DNA from: Octopus sinensis
Lineage: Eukaryota
Length of the DNA: 64,000 nt
NCBI RefSeq assembly: GCF_006345805.1
Contig: NC_043019.1
Coordinates: 14,135,360-14,199,359 of the forward strand
Reading direction: 5' to 3'
A program made the translations under genes and the position numbers. How positions within the stretch are numbered: position 1 is the first letter of the stretch; each line of letters starts with the position of its first letter. Positions 1 to 11,281 of the stretch are shown here, piece by piece. Below the pieces are notes generated by a model. It searched no databases, was not told where the DNA came from, and worked only from the letters and a program-made list of their open reading frames with translations.

Positions 1-292
1 AAGCTACTTACCACATAGCCACTCCTGCACCTATATATATATATAATAAGTAAAAATGAGATCCAAGGATCAAGGTGTAGGGTGTTAGTAAGCTTCAAGC
101 AGTCAGCAGAATGTATAAAAAGCAACTTCCAGGAATAGCAGAGGTTTATTGACGTAGAAGGTTGTAAGTTTTTCCCTTATCGAAGATTGTTAACCTGAAA
201 AAGCTTACTGCTTCTGAGGTTCTGCTAGTTATGAAACATATGTAGCCTGGGTTTTATCTACTTCATCCCCTAATTTTGGATATATATATATA

Positions 293-1180
293 TCATCATC
301 ATCATCATACATCTGTTGTTCATGCTGGCATGGGTTGGACAGTTTGACTGGGTTAACGTGCTGGAAGGCTGCACCAGACTCCAGCCTGATTTGGCATGGT
401 TTTCTACAGCTGGATGCCCTTCCTAATGCCAGCCACTCTGAGAGTGTAATGGGTGCTCTACATGCCATTAGCACAGATGCCATTTGCATGACACCAGGGT
501 ACGTTTATGTGCCATCGGCGCAGGTGCCATTTTGCGTGACACCGATATCTTCCATGACTGCGATTTTGTTCAGTTTGATGGGTCTTCTTCTCAAGCTCAA
601 CATAATGCCAAAGGTCTTGGTCATTGCCTCCATGAGGCCCAACACTCAAAAGGAACTCACCCACTTTGCATTCGTGAGGCCCAATGCTAGAAAGGAACTC
701 AGCCACTTTGCCTCCGAGGGGCCCAACGTTCAAAAGATGTTTTTTACATGTCACCAGCATCAGTGCACTTGGCTTGCCGGGTCTTCTCAAGCACAGCACA
801 TTTCCAAAGGTCTTGGTCACCAATCATTGCCTCTTTGATGCTCAAAATTCAAAGATCATGCTTCACCACCTCATCCCATGTTTTCCTGGGTCTGCCACCA
901 CACCCCAGGTTCCCTCCACAGTTAGAGATCAGCACTTCTTCACGCAACTGTCTTTGTCCATACACATCATATGACCATACCAGTGCAGTCATCTCTCTTG
1001 CACACCACGTCTGGTTCCTCTTATGCCTAACATCTGTCTCAAGATGCTTACACTCTCTCATACATGCACACTGACATTGCATGTCCAGTGACGCATACTG
1101 GTTTCATTTCTTTCTAGCCTATGCATGTCCTCAGCTGTCGTAGCCCATGTTTCACTGCTATGCAGCTTAGCTGTTAGCAT
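293..1180 (-). mobile_element. RTE-clade LINE 3' remnant (degenerate RT C-terminus + 3' UTR + (GAT)n tail)
   Basis: Minus-strand pieces LHSSETWATTAEDMHRLERNETSMRHWTCNVS and GRPRKTWDEVVKHDL match the RTE RT C-terminal pattern (LYGSETW...RGRP.KTW). The 3' UTR recurs many times in the window and ends in (CAT)n on +. Three ~42-bp subrepeats at ~625-730. Confidence 0.75.
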
Positions 1181-1200
1181 ATAAATGTACACACACACAC

Positions 1201-1237
<37 letters not shown>

Positions 1238-1644
1238 CTCACCTCTTATTTTATCGTTCATTCCATCTTGGTCGCAAACCACAATTAACATCAATGAATC
1301 TGTATTGACGAAATCTTAACCTTCCAGCTAGTAGAAGACTTTGTTATTGGTTAATTCATACATTAATGAATTAATTAGTCTTTAATTATGTGGAAGGTAA
1401 ATCGGTGGCGGAAGTGGTAGTGGGTTGCATTAAGTGTTTCGTAGTATTTAGTTATATTGTTTTAAGTTCAGAGTTCAAATCCAGTGGAGGTAAACTTTTA
1501 TTTTTTTAAATTCTGGGGCAGGACTTGATAATATAAAAACCAGTTTCATATTGCTGGAAATCAATAAAATCATCTGTATCCTTCTTTTATGAATGTATGC
1601 CTGTACAACAATACAAACAATTATTATTATTATTATTATTATGG

Positions 1645-1860
1645 CAGTGAGCTTGCAGAATCGTGAGCATGCCAGCGCCAGGCAAAATGCTGTTAAGCAT
1701 TTTGTTCAGCTTTGTTCCCAGTTCAAATTCTACTGGGGTTGACTTTGCCTTTCATCCTTTTGGCGTCAAAATATGCACAGCCAAACACTGGGGTTGATCT
1801 AATCAACATACCCTGTCCCCTGAAATTGCTGGTCTTGTGCCTATAATAGAAAGGATTATT
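1645..1860 (+). mobile_element. tRNA-derived SINE-B2 (degenerate)
   Basis: Head gagcttgcagaatcgtgagc, B-box-like agttcaaattc, central gactttgcctttcatccttt motif, and tail ccctgaaattgctggtcttgtgcc. Confidence 0.7.
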
Positions 1861-1861
1861 A

Positions 1862-2370
1862 CCGTAAATCCTCATGTATAATCCACATTTTCTCCCCAAA
1901 ATTTAAAGGTCAAAATCCTTAGTGCGTACCATATACGAGGTTAAAAATGAAAAGTATTTTCTAAGCAATGTCTGAGTCTCTATTTGCTGTCCAGCAATGT
2001 TTATTCAGACGCATTTTGTGATGTTGGGCACAAAAATACCTTAAGCTAAGCCTGAAAGCAATGAAGTCATAAAAGAATCATCCATAACTTGCAGTAAGCA
2101 ACATTTATTAAACGTTATTACTGTTATTTCTTTATTTTCTACAAAGAAAATGCACAAAAAAACTACACATTTGCATTATGTTATATATACAATAATAATT
2201 AAGGACATTACCGTATACAGTTTTACAAATCAAGGATGTTATATAGACCTCCTTGACTCAAGTTAGAGAAGGGATGCGTATTATACACAAGGTTTAGGTT
2301 TTTCAGAGGTACAGCCCCCTAAAAATCCCCTGCGTATCATACTCAAGGTATCATACTGAAGGATTTACAG
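1862..2370. mobile_element. Tc1/pogo-like MITE
   Basis: Imperfect TIRs ccgtaaatcctc / gaaggatttacag flanked by TA on both sides (1860-61, 2371-72); subterminal gcgtat(t/c)atac repeats. Confidence 0.55.
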
Positions 2371-2534
2371 TATTATTTTTCAGTTTAGCAAAAAGGGGTT
2401 CAATAGAGAGAATGCAAGGCTTAAAAGAATATGTACCGTAGTCAATTTGCTCAACTAAACCCTTCAATGCAGTGCCCCAACATGGCCACAACCCAGTGAC
2501 ATAAACAAGTGAAACACAAAAGATAATTCTTTAA

Positions 2535-2739
2535 CCCTTTTGTTACCATATTTCTGTTGAGATGCTGTGTGTTTCTTTCAATTAATTTTAAATATAACAA
2601 AGCGTTTAGTAAAATAATTTGGTTATAATTAAGCTAGTATTAGGAACATAAATTGTGACTAAGGTTTCAGAACTTTTGAAAACAAGACATTTGTACTACA
2701 GAGCCGGGTACGGTTTCAACTGGGTTGGTATCAAAAGGG
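2535..2739. mobile_element. piggyBac-like MITE
   Basis: TTAA at 2531-34 and 2740-43; TIRs cccttttgttacca / tggtatcaaaaggg (1 mismatch). Related fragments near 24920-25085, 26060-26190, 26470-26545 and 44080-44240. Confidence 0.75.
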
Positions 2740-3139
2740 TTAAACCCTTTTCCTGACATGTTTCTGTGTTTACTGGTTTGTCTCTGAATCAGATTTTATC
2801 AGAAATGGCTTTTACTGTTTGTGTATATCCAACTGTGTTATTGACGTGCTACAGGGAATGGGAATGGAATCGCAAAACCGTTTATTGGTATTAGATTTTT
2901 GCTGATTAACATTTTTTCTAATGCAAATCCACCTGAGACCACTGACACCGATAGTGTTCATATTTTAATTAAAATCTCGTTAAAACATGTCATTCCAGAT
3001 AGTTAGTATCCAACAAAGGAATCTCTACATAGTCATTTAACCTGCTAGAAATAACCACTTATTCAAATCGTGCTTTGCAATCTTGAAATGCAAAAGGGAC
3101 GCTTTGGAAGATGTGGTTCTAGATACATTGTATTCTCTT

Positions 3140-3466
3140 ATTCTTTTACTTGTTTCTGTCATTTGACTGTGACCATGCTGGAGCACCACCTTGAAAAGTT
3201 TTAGTCAAACAAATCGACCCCAGGATTTACTTTTTAAGCCTAGTACTTATTCTGTTCTTCTCTTTTGCTGAACTGCTAAGTTACAGGGACGTAAATATTC
3301 CAACACTGGTTGTCAGGCTTTTTTCAGTTTCTATCTACCAAATCCGCCCATGAGGCTTTGGTTGGCCTGAGGCTATAGTAGAAGACAATTGCCGAAGGTA
3401 CCACGCAGTGGGACTGAACCCAGAAGCATGTGGTTTGTAAGCTAACTTCTTACCACACAGCCACAC
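3140..3466 (-). mobile_element. SINE-A (tRNA head + CORE-like segment + 3' module)
   Basis: Reverse complement of the recurring tggctgtgtggtaag...ggttcagtccc...accttgggcaagtgtcttct element. Confidence 0.8.
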
Positions 3467-3489
3467 CAAAAAAACAAAAAGACACGATG

Positions 3490-3842
3490 GTGCAGGAGTG
3501 GCTGTGTGGTAAGTAGCTTGTTTACCAACCACATGGCTCCGGGTTCAGTCCCACTGTGTGGAGCCTTGGGCAAGTGTCTTCTGCTATAGCCTCAGGCCAA
3601 CCAAAGCTTTGTGAGTGGATTTGGTGGATGGAAACTGAAAGAAGCTCATCATATATATATATATATATATGTTTGCCTGTGTTTGTACCCCCACCATCAT
3701 TTGACAACTGATGTTGGTGTGTTTATGTCCCCATAACTTAGCTGCTCAGCAAAAGATATCGATAGAATAAGTACTAGGCTTTACAAAAGAATAAGTCCTG
3801 GGCTCGATTTGTTTGACTAAAAGCAGTGCTCCAGTATGGCTG
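3490..3842 (+). mobile_element. SINE-A
   Basis: A-box-like tggctgtgtgg, B-box-like ggttcagtccc, CORE-like ccttgggcaagtgtcttct, internal (TA)n, and 3' module. Confidence 0.85.
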
Positions 3843-3877
3843 AAAGAAAAAAAAATATATATATATTTTTATATATA

Positions 3878-4042
3878 GGCGCAGGAGTGGCTGTGTGGTA
3901 AGTAGCTTGCTAACCAACCACATGGTTCCGGGTTCAGTCCCACTGCATGGTATCGTGGGCAAGTGTCTTCTGCTATAGCCCCGGGCCGACCAATGCCTTG
4001 TGAGTGGATTTGGTAGACGGAAACTGAAAGAAGCCCGTCGTA

Positions 4043-4086
<44 letters not shown>

Positions 4087-4313
4087 GTATATGTGTGTAT
4101 ATGTTTGTGTGTCTGTGTTTGTCCCCCTAGCATTGCTTGACAACCGATGCTGGTGTGTTTACGTCCCCGTCACTTAGCGGTTTGGCAAAAGAGACCGATA
4201 GAATATGTACTGGGTTACAAAAGAATAAGTCCTGGGGTCGATTTGCTCGACTAAAGGCAGTGCTCCAGCATGGCCGCAGTCAAATGACTGAAACAAGTGA
4301 AAGAGTAAAAGAG
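3878..4313 (+). mobile_element. SINE-A, near full length
   Basis: Complete head, internal (TA/TG)n, 3' module and aagagtaaaagag tail. Confidence 0.9.
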
Positions 4314-4739
4314 CATATATATGTATATATAGTGTGTGTATCTATCAAATCTGATCAAGGCCTTGTACAGTCCAGGTTTTTAATAGAAGACACTTGCCCA
4401 AAGTGCCATGCAGTGGGACTGAACCCGGAACCATGTGGTTGGGAAGCAAACTTCTCGACCACACAGCCACACCTAACGTATAAATAAAATGAAAGGTATT
4501 TTACGAAACATTTCTAAAATCTTGATTGTATTGGAAAATAAACCGATAGAAAAAATGAAAAGTCAGCATGTTAGAAATCTGCTCAGATAAAGGGGTTAAA
4601 GTTGTTTTCACAAAACAGGAAATGAATGTCAGGGCCACTGCTTGGGGTCTTGTGCTTTTGTGTAGCTCGTAATTACAGATGTCTGAAAGGTACACACTTA
4701 GGAGAGTATTTGAATTCAGCAATGGAGAGTTACAAAACA

Positions 4740-4882
4740 AACATGCATGTATGTGCATTTGTGCATACATACATACATATATACATACATACATATATAC
4801 ATACATACATGTATATATATATATATTTACAGACACACACATATACATATATACACAACTATAAATATATATGAACATATAT

Positions 4883-4919
<37 letters not shown>

Positions 4920-5130
4920 CATACATACATACATACATGTATATACCTACATATACATCCATATATAAATGTGTGTGTACTTACAAGTATGCATATGTGT
5001 GTATATATCATTTAATGTCTGTTTTCTATGCTGGCATGGATTGGACATTTTGACAGGAGCTGGCAAACCATGTATGTATGTATGTATATATTTAAATATA
5101 TTTATATATGAATGTATATATATATGTGAG

Positions 5131-5165
<35 letters not shown>
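4740..5165. repeat. Compound (TACA)n/(TA)n microsatellite region with an RTE-tail fragment
   Basis: Direct reading; explains the I/Y/H/T-rich ORFs at 4501-5187. Confidence 0.9.
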
Positions 5166-5169
<4 letters not shown>

Positions 5170-5385
5170 ATAAAAGCAGTAAGATAACTAAAGAAAAAAA
5201 GAGACCTCGATATTATGTAAATAGAGGAATTTTTCTGTAAATGTAATATGTGACAATTATTCGGTAGCCATGATAAAACTCCAAAATAAGTGAAGAGATG
5301 GCGGCATGGATTTCCACCTCGGCATCCAAAACTCGGAGTTTTATCATGGCAACCGAATAATTGTCACATATTACATTTACAGATA
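5165..5385 (+). mobile_element. Penelope-like terminal repeat fragment with 48-bp inverted arms and a degenerate hammerhead-like core
   Basis: 5235-5282 is the reverse complement of 5335-5382 (1 mismatch). The spacer and right arm match 29868-29965. Confidence 0.55.
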
Positions 5386-5856
5386 TATATATATATATTA
5401 AATTAGAGATAAAACCACTATTAGGCAAATCAAACAGTGAATTTTTCCCTGTAAGTTTGGATTTACTCCCTAATATTATTATTATTATATATATATATAT
5501 ATATTATATATATATATATATATAGTGTTACCACTATTTATAGCATGTCCTGTACCATTTACTTAAAGTATAAAATGGACTTTAGCTATTAAAAATGAAG
5601 TCTCTTTCCCCACCATCACTACAAGATACCAATTGCAAGTGACAGCATAATTTGACTTGTTGGTCCATAGCTTCCATTGACTTTCATAACTGTTGACCCA
5701 AAGTTGCAGGAAAACGCAACTTCTGATCAATTTTTGCTTCAGCCACTTTGGTAATATTCTTCTTCTATTACTGTTGCCACCACCAGCACCACCACCAAAT
5801 CATTTCGTCTCATTATTTTAACTCTTCTTCATTCAAATTAACTCTTGTAATTACCT

Positions 5857-5893
<37 letters not shown>

Positions 5894-6103
5894 TACTCTC
5901 TCTCTCTCTCTTTCTCTCTTTGAAATTTAAACCATTTCCTTATATATAGATGCAGATACGGCTGTGTGGTTAAGAAGCTTGCCTCCCAACCACATGGTTT
6001 CATGTTCAGTCCCATGTGTGGCACTTTGGGAAGTGTATTCTATAGCTCTGGAAGGAGCAAAGCCTCATAAGTGGATTTGGTAGATAGAAACTGAAAGAGG
6101 TAC

Positions 6104-6104
6104 A

Positions 6105-6136
<32 letters not shown>

Positions 6137-6276
6137 TACCTATCTATCTGTCTATCTATCTGTCCATCCATTTATCCATCTATCCATCAATCTATCCATC
6201 CATCCATCTCTCTCTATCTGTCTCTCTCTATTTCTCTCCATCTTTCTATCTATCTATCCATCCATCTTTCTATCCA

Positions 6277-6310
<34 letters not shown>
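6104..6310. repeat. (TG)n-(TATC/CATC)n-(TC)n compound microsatellite
   Basis: Direct reading. Confidence 0.9.
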
Positions 6311-6817
6311 CATTTACTTCATCATCATTTAAGGTGTGCATACAAGGCTGGCATAGGTAAGACAGTTCAAGAGGGTACTGCTGAACTGCAGCGCTGCGTC
6401 AGGTCCAACGTCCTCTTTGGCAAGGTTTCCATGGCTGGATGCCCTTCCTAGTGCCAACTACTTTGCAGAATGTACTGAGTGCTATTTTCCTGACACCAGC
6501 ATGAGTGAGGTTGCCAAGTAACTTGCAAGACAGAAAAAAGAAATGGACTAAAAAGGGCTCTTCATCAGGTGTTGAAAGGCTAAAGTTTGATTGAAAGAGA
6601 CAATCGCAGGTTTGCTATGGAGGAGATATATGGCTGATGAAGATAAGAGGAAGGTAGTGATGGAGTGCGAGTACAAACTCTGTAGGAACAAGAAGGTGAG
6701 CATAAGAGAGGACAAGGACGGTGGATCATGCGAGGGGATGAGGGAGTGGGTGCTTTCATTAGAGCGTGAGGAGGGAGTAAACAAGGGAGAGTAGAGGTTA
6801 ATGTAGTAAATGATGAT

Positions 6818-7349
6818 CATCATCATTGTTCGACCGTGGTCGAGACAATGGAATTTACCATGCTACGCCAGACTTCACGGTCCATCATAGCATTACGGAG
6901 GTCCTGTTGCTGGATGCCTGTATCCCTGGAGATTACATCAGGGTAGGAGAGTGTGCATCCTCTGGTATTGCGAGCAGATGGCTTCCAGAGGAGAGGAGGA
7001 GAAATTACCTCGTTTTCAGCTCTACAACAATGTCCAGCAAACTGGACTCTCCTACCTTTCACAAGAGATGACACAGGTGGTAGTTTCCCATATATTTGCA
7101 TTTTGGTTGGATGGCGCTTCCATGAGAGATCTTGAGCTCTCATAAGGAGGCGAGTGTAGGTTCCATCCAACCGCCTCTCAAGCTCCTTTGATAACGTCCA
7201 GGTTTCTGAGCCATATAGTAGGATTGGTTCGACTGTGGCTTTGAATATTTCAAGTTTGAAGTCTCTACTTAGATTTGATGACCAGATCTTATGCATGTCA
7301 TTGCAGGCTGACCAGGCCATACCCTTTCTAGTTAGAAGATCTTTTCCAG
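6818..7349 (-). mobile_element. 5'-truncated RTE/RTE-X-like LINE, young copy (RT C-terminus, stop-free)
   Basis: ORF ...GKDLLTRKGMAWSACNDMHKIW...VEPILLYGSETWTL...RRVQFAGHC...DREVWR; (TGA)n tail; 8-bp direct repeat atgatgat at 6810-17 and 7350-57. Confidence 0.85.
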
Positions 7350-7744
7350 ATGATGATAGTAAGTGATGAACAAGGATGGGGGTGCAGGTGATGGGAAATA
7401 CCAGTATGTAGATGGGTGAAGTAGAAAATGTAATAATGGTTCAGGAAGGAAAATAGAGCAGAAAGCAGGAGAATAATGTACAAGGTGTCGGAGTAGTGGA
7501 GAGGGTGTGATAAGGATGCATTGGTTGTACATGTAGTAGGCTGTATATTTGTATGAAATGCCTGTGTGTGGGTGTGGGTATGATATATGCTTCCTCATTG
7601 TGACATCATTCGGTTCTTGGAAACAAGTGTCTCCATCGTAATAGGAATATTGTTTCCAGCGTGTCTAGCCATGAAGAAATATGACCTTACTTGGAAACAG
7701 GTGAGTGTTGGCATCAGGAAGGGCATCCAGTTGTAGAAAATCAA

Positions 7745-8153
7745 GTCTGTCTATCTATATCTATCTACCTATCTATCTATCTCTATCTATCAATCTCTAT
7801 CTATCTATCAATCTCTATCTATCAATCTCTATCTATCAATCTCTATCTATCTAAGAATCTCTATCTATCTATCAGTCTCTGTCTATCTATATCTATCAAT
7901 CTGTCTATCTATATCTATCAATCTGTCTATCTATATCTATCTGTCTATCTATATCTGTCTATCTATATCTGTCTATCTATATCTATTTATCTATATCTAT
8001 CTATCTATCTATCTATCTATATCTATTTATCTATCTATCTATCTATATCTATTTATCTATCTATCTATATTTATCTATCTATCTATATCTATTTATCTAT
8101 CTATCTATCTATATCTATTTATCTATCTATATCTATTTATCTATCTATCTATG

Positions 8154-8204
<51 letters not shown>

Positions 8205-8235
8205 ATCTATATTTATCTTTCTATCTCTATCTCTT
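7745..8235. repeat. (TATC)n / (TATCTA)n complex microsatellite
   Basis: Direct reading; source of the 193-aa S/I/Y/L ORF. Confidence 0.95.
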
Positions 8236-8548
8236 TCTCTCCCTCCCCCGCCTCTCTCTATCTAATTTATAATATTTCCATAGCTTTTTGCTCTAGATAC
8301 ATAATACAAGAAAAAAGTCTGAAAAATTTTATGGGTCTACCACAAACTTATTATTACTCAGATTCTAGAACAATTCTTTCATTTATTCCTTTGTAAAACA
8401 ACAATGGTTAAATTAAATGTCTCCTTCACCCACGCATTTTTACATCAGGCAACCTTCCATGAACAGAACAAAGCCAAACAAATGTTGCTTCTCAGGGGCC
8501 AAGCTCTGGAGTTCAATGTATTTTTAATTCAGATTCGTTAACTCTCTG

Positions 8549-8946
8549 TACTCTCTTTTTACTCTTTTACTTGTTTCAGTCATTTGACTGCGGCCATGCT
8601 GGAGCACCGCCTTTCAGTCGAGCAACTCGACCCCCGGGACATATTCTTTTTTGTAAGCCCAGTACTTATTCTATCAGACTCTTTTGCCGAACCGCTAAGT
8701 AACGGGGACGTAAACACACCTGCATCGGCTGTCAAGCAATGCTAGGGGGACAAACACAGACACACAAACATATACATATATACGACGGGCTTCTTTCAGT
8801 TTCCGTCTACCAAATCAAATCACAAGGCTTTGGTCGGCCTGAGGCTATAGTAGAAGACACTTGCCCAAGGTGCCACGCAGTGGGACTGAACCCAGAACCA
8901 TGTGGTTGGTAAACAAGCTACTTACCACACAGCCACTCCTGCGCCT
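8549..8946 (-). mobile_element. SINE-A, near full length
   Basis: Reverse complement of 3878-4313. Confidence 0.9.
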
Positions 8947-9114
8947 ATGTTTACAAAATAGCTTGATTGTGATATTCAGTGAAATGTAGATTTGGAAGGA
9001 TGGGGTGCCAAGCACATATTTTAATTAATGGAATTTTTTCTGAAACCAAACATTAAAACCATTTCTGTCCCCACCTACGCACTTTTTTGTTTTTCTCTTT
9101 TTTTTTTTTATATC

Positions 9115-9735
9115 TCAGACACAGTCGTGTGGTTAAGAAGCTTGCTTTGCACCTACCTGGTTTCAGGTTCAGTCCTACTGTACGGCACCTTGGACAAGTG
9201 TCTCTTACCTACGAATGTCTTGTGAGTGAATTTGGTACATGGAAACTGTGTGGAATCAAGGCGGCAAGCTGGCAGAAACGTTAGCACACCGGGCGAAATG
9301 CGAAGCTGTATTTCATCTGCCTTTACGTTCTGAGTTCAAATTCCGCCGAGGTTGACTTTGCCTTTCGTCCTTTCGGGGTCGATTAAATAAGTACCAGTTA
9401 CGTACTGGGGTCAATATAATCGACTTAATCCGTTTGTCTGTCCTTGTTTGTCCCCTCTGTGTTTAGCCCCTTGTGGGCAGTAAAGAAATAAGGAAACTGT
9501 GTGGAAGCCCATCATGTGTGTGTATATTTGTGTCTGACCCCACCCCAACTCCTTGAAAACTGGCATTAGTTTGCTCATGTCTCTGTCACTTGGCTGCTTA
9601 GCAAAAGTCATCAAACAAAGCAAATACCAGAGTTAACGAATAAGTACAGGTGGGTGTGATTTGTTTGACTAAACACTTCAAGGTAAGTGCTCCAGCATGG
9701 CCACAGTCCATTGATTGAAACAAGTAAAAGATAAA
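9115..9735 (+). mobile_element. Old SINE-A interrupted by SINE-B
   Basis: SINE-A head 9115-9255 resumes at 9492 after the insertion. Confidence 0.7.
9256..9491 (+). mobile_element. SINE-B monomer with 15-bp TSD
   Basis: Runs aaggcggcaagctggcaga...gtaaagaaataa; TSD ggaaactgtgtggaa at 9241-55 and 9492-9506. Confidence 0.9.
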
Positions 9736-10166
9736 AGAAGAAATTCAAATGATTCCAAGCAACAAGAACAGCTAAATCAGAAGACAATGACTTGCTCAAA
9801 ATATGTGGTTGCTCAATTTGCTAGAAATAAGTCAGATATCAGATCTCTCTGTCTTATGAAAAGGAAGGACACATTAGATAATGTATGTGTGGTCATTCAT
9901 TTTAATGTTCATTTTCTATGGCTGGATGCATTTCCTGTTGCCTGTCCTCACTTGTTTCCAAGGGAGGTAATAATCACTGAGTCTGTTAAGCAACAAACAG
10001 TCCAGAAGTGTTCTCATGGTGGACCGTTAGCAATTGACGACACTGCTAGTGAAGCCTTTGTTTATATTCAGCAAATATGTAAATGAGGGAAAGCCAAATT
10101 TACATAAATGTCTTGTCTGTCTGCATATTTGTAGGTTTGTCTGTGTGTGTGTATGTAATATATATA

Positions 10167-10554
10167 GGCATAGGAGTGGCTGTGTGGTAAGTAGTTTGCT
10201 TACCAACATCATGGTTCCTGGTTCAGTCCCACTGCGTGGCACCTTGGGCAAGTGTCTTCTACTATAGCTTTGGGCTGATCAAAGCCTTGTGAGTGGATTT
10301 GGTAGACGAAAACTGAAAGAAGCCCATCGTATATATATATACATGTGTTTGTGTATATTTGTGTGTTTGTCCCCCCAACATCGCTTGACAACCAATGCTA
10401 GTGTGTTTACATCCCCGTAACTTAGCGGCTTGGCAAAAGAGACCTGTAGAATAAGTACGGTCTTACAAAAAATAAATCCTGGGGACGATTTGCTCGACTA
10501 AAGGCAGTGCTCCAGCATGGCCACAGTCAAATGACTGAAACAAGTAAAAGAGTA
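10167..10554 (+). mobile_element. SINE-A
   Basis: Full head, 3' module and tail. Confidence 0.9.
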
Positions 10555-10576
10555 TATACATATCTATCTATTTATC

Positions 10577-10609
<33 letters not shown>

Positions 10610-11019
10610 AGAGTAAAAATATTGCACAGAAGGACAACTGAGGAACACCTAGAATGAAAAAAACACATACAAGATACGAACATGATCATCCCTCATCAGT
10701 TATTGGCCAAAAATCATCACAGTTTTGCACCATTATCAATGGGCTTGTTCATTTTTGTAGTCAAGTGCAGAAAGCTTCTGGGTAAGTGAGTGGACATATT
10801 GGACAATGACACACACGCATACGAGGTATGTCCTGACACAGCTCTACCACCATCTCTCTCCCCCCTCTCTGTCTTTCTGAGTCTCTCTTTCTTTTTCAAC
10901 TGGGGTAGCCTTGTTTCTGTTCAACAGCAAGACTCCTATCTCTGTTCCAACTTTTATTCTTTTAACTTCTCGTCAACTGGCACAAAACTCACCTTCCTCA
11001 ATACTACTCCCTTTCCCAG

Positions 11020-11244
11020 TCAAGGGGTCTTTGTCATGCAAATTACTTGATGACCTCACCGGTGCTGGTTCCACATGAAAAGTGCCCAATACACTCTGAA
11101 AAGTGTCAGGGGCAAGAAGGGTATCCAGCTGTAGAAACAATGCCAAAGTAGACGAGATCTTGGCACAGTCTTCTGGTTTACCAGCTCTTGTGGAACCGTC
11201 CAACCCATGCCAGCATGGAAAATGGACATCAAATGTTGATGATG

Positions 11245-11250
<6 letters not shown>
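11020..11250 (+). mobile_element. RTE 3'-UTR-derived fragment
   Basis: aagggtatccagctgtagaaac...aacccatgccagcatggaaaatggacatcaaatgttgatgatg, the same tail as the LINE at 293-1180. Confidence 0.7.

Positions 11251-11281
<31 letters not shown>

Noticed and set aside
335-838. 167-aa + strand ORF and similar ORFs over SINEs (e.g. 3774-4133, 17812-18159)
   Set aside because: They are antisense or incidental frames across RTE 3' UTR and SINE sequence; the same peptides recur at every copy.
3878-3960. tRNA genes
   Set aside because: A/B-box-like motifs occur only as SINE heads followed by SINE bodies; no complete cloverleaf was recognised.
10757-10787. Possible 21-nt microexon (tttgtag...ctgg/gtaagt)
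   Set aside because: It has splice-like motifs only, with no recognisable peptide; expected by chance in 64 kb.
10973-11203. Apparent minus-strand exon ending at GAAG/gtgagt
   Set aside because: Most of the ORF lies in the RTE 3'-UTR repeat, and no acceptor is present.
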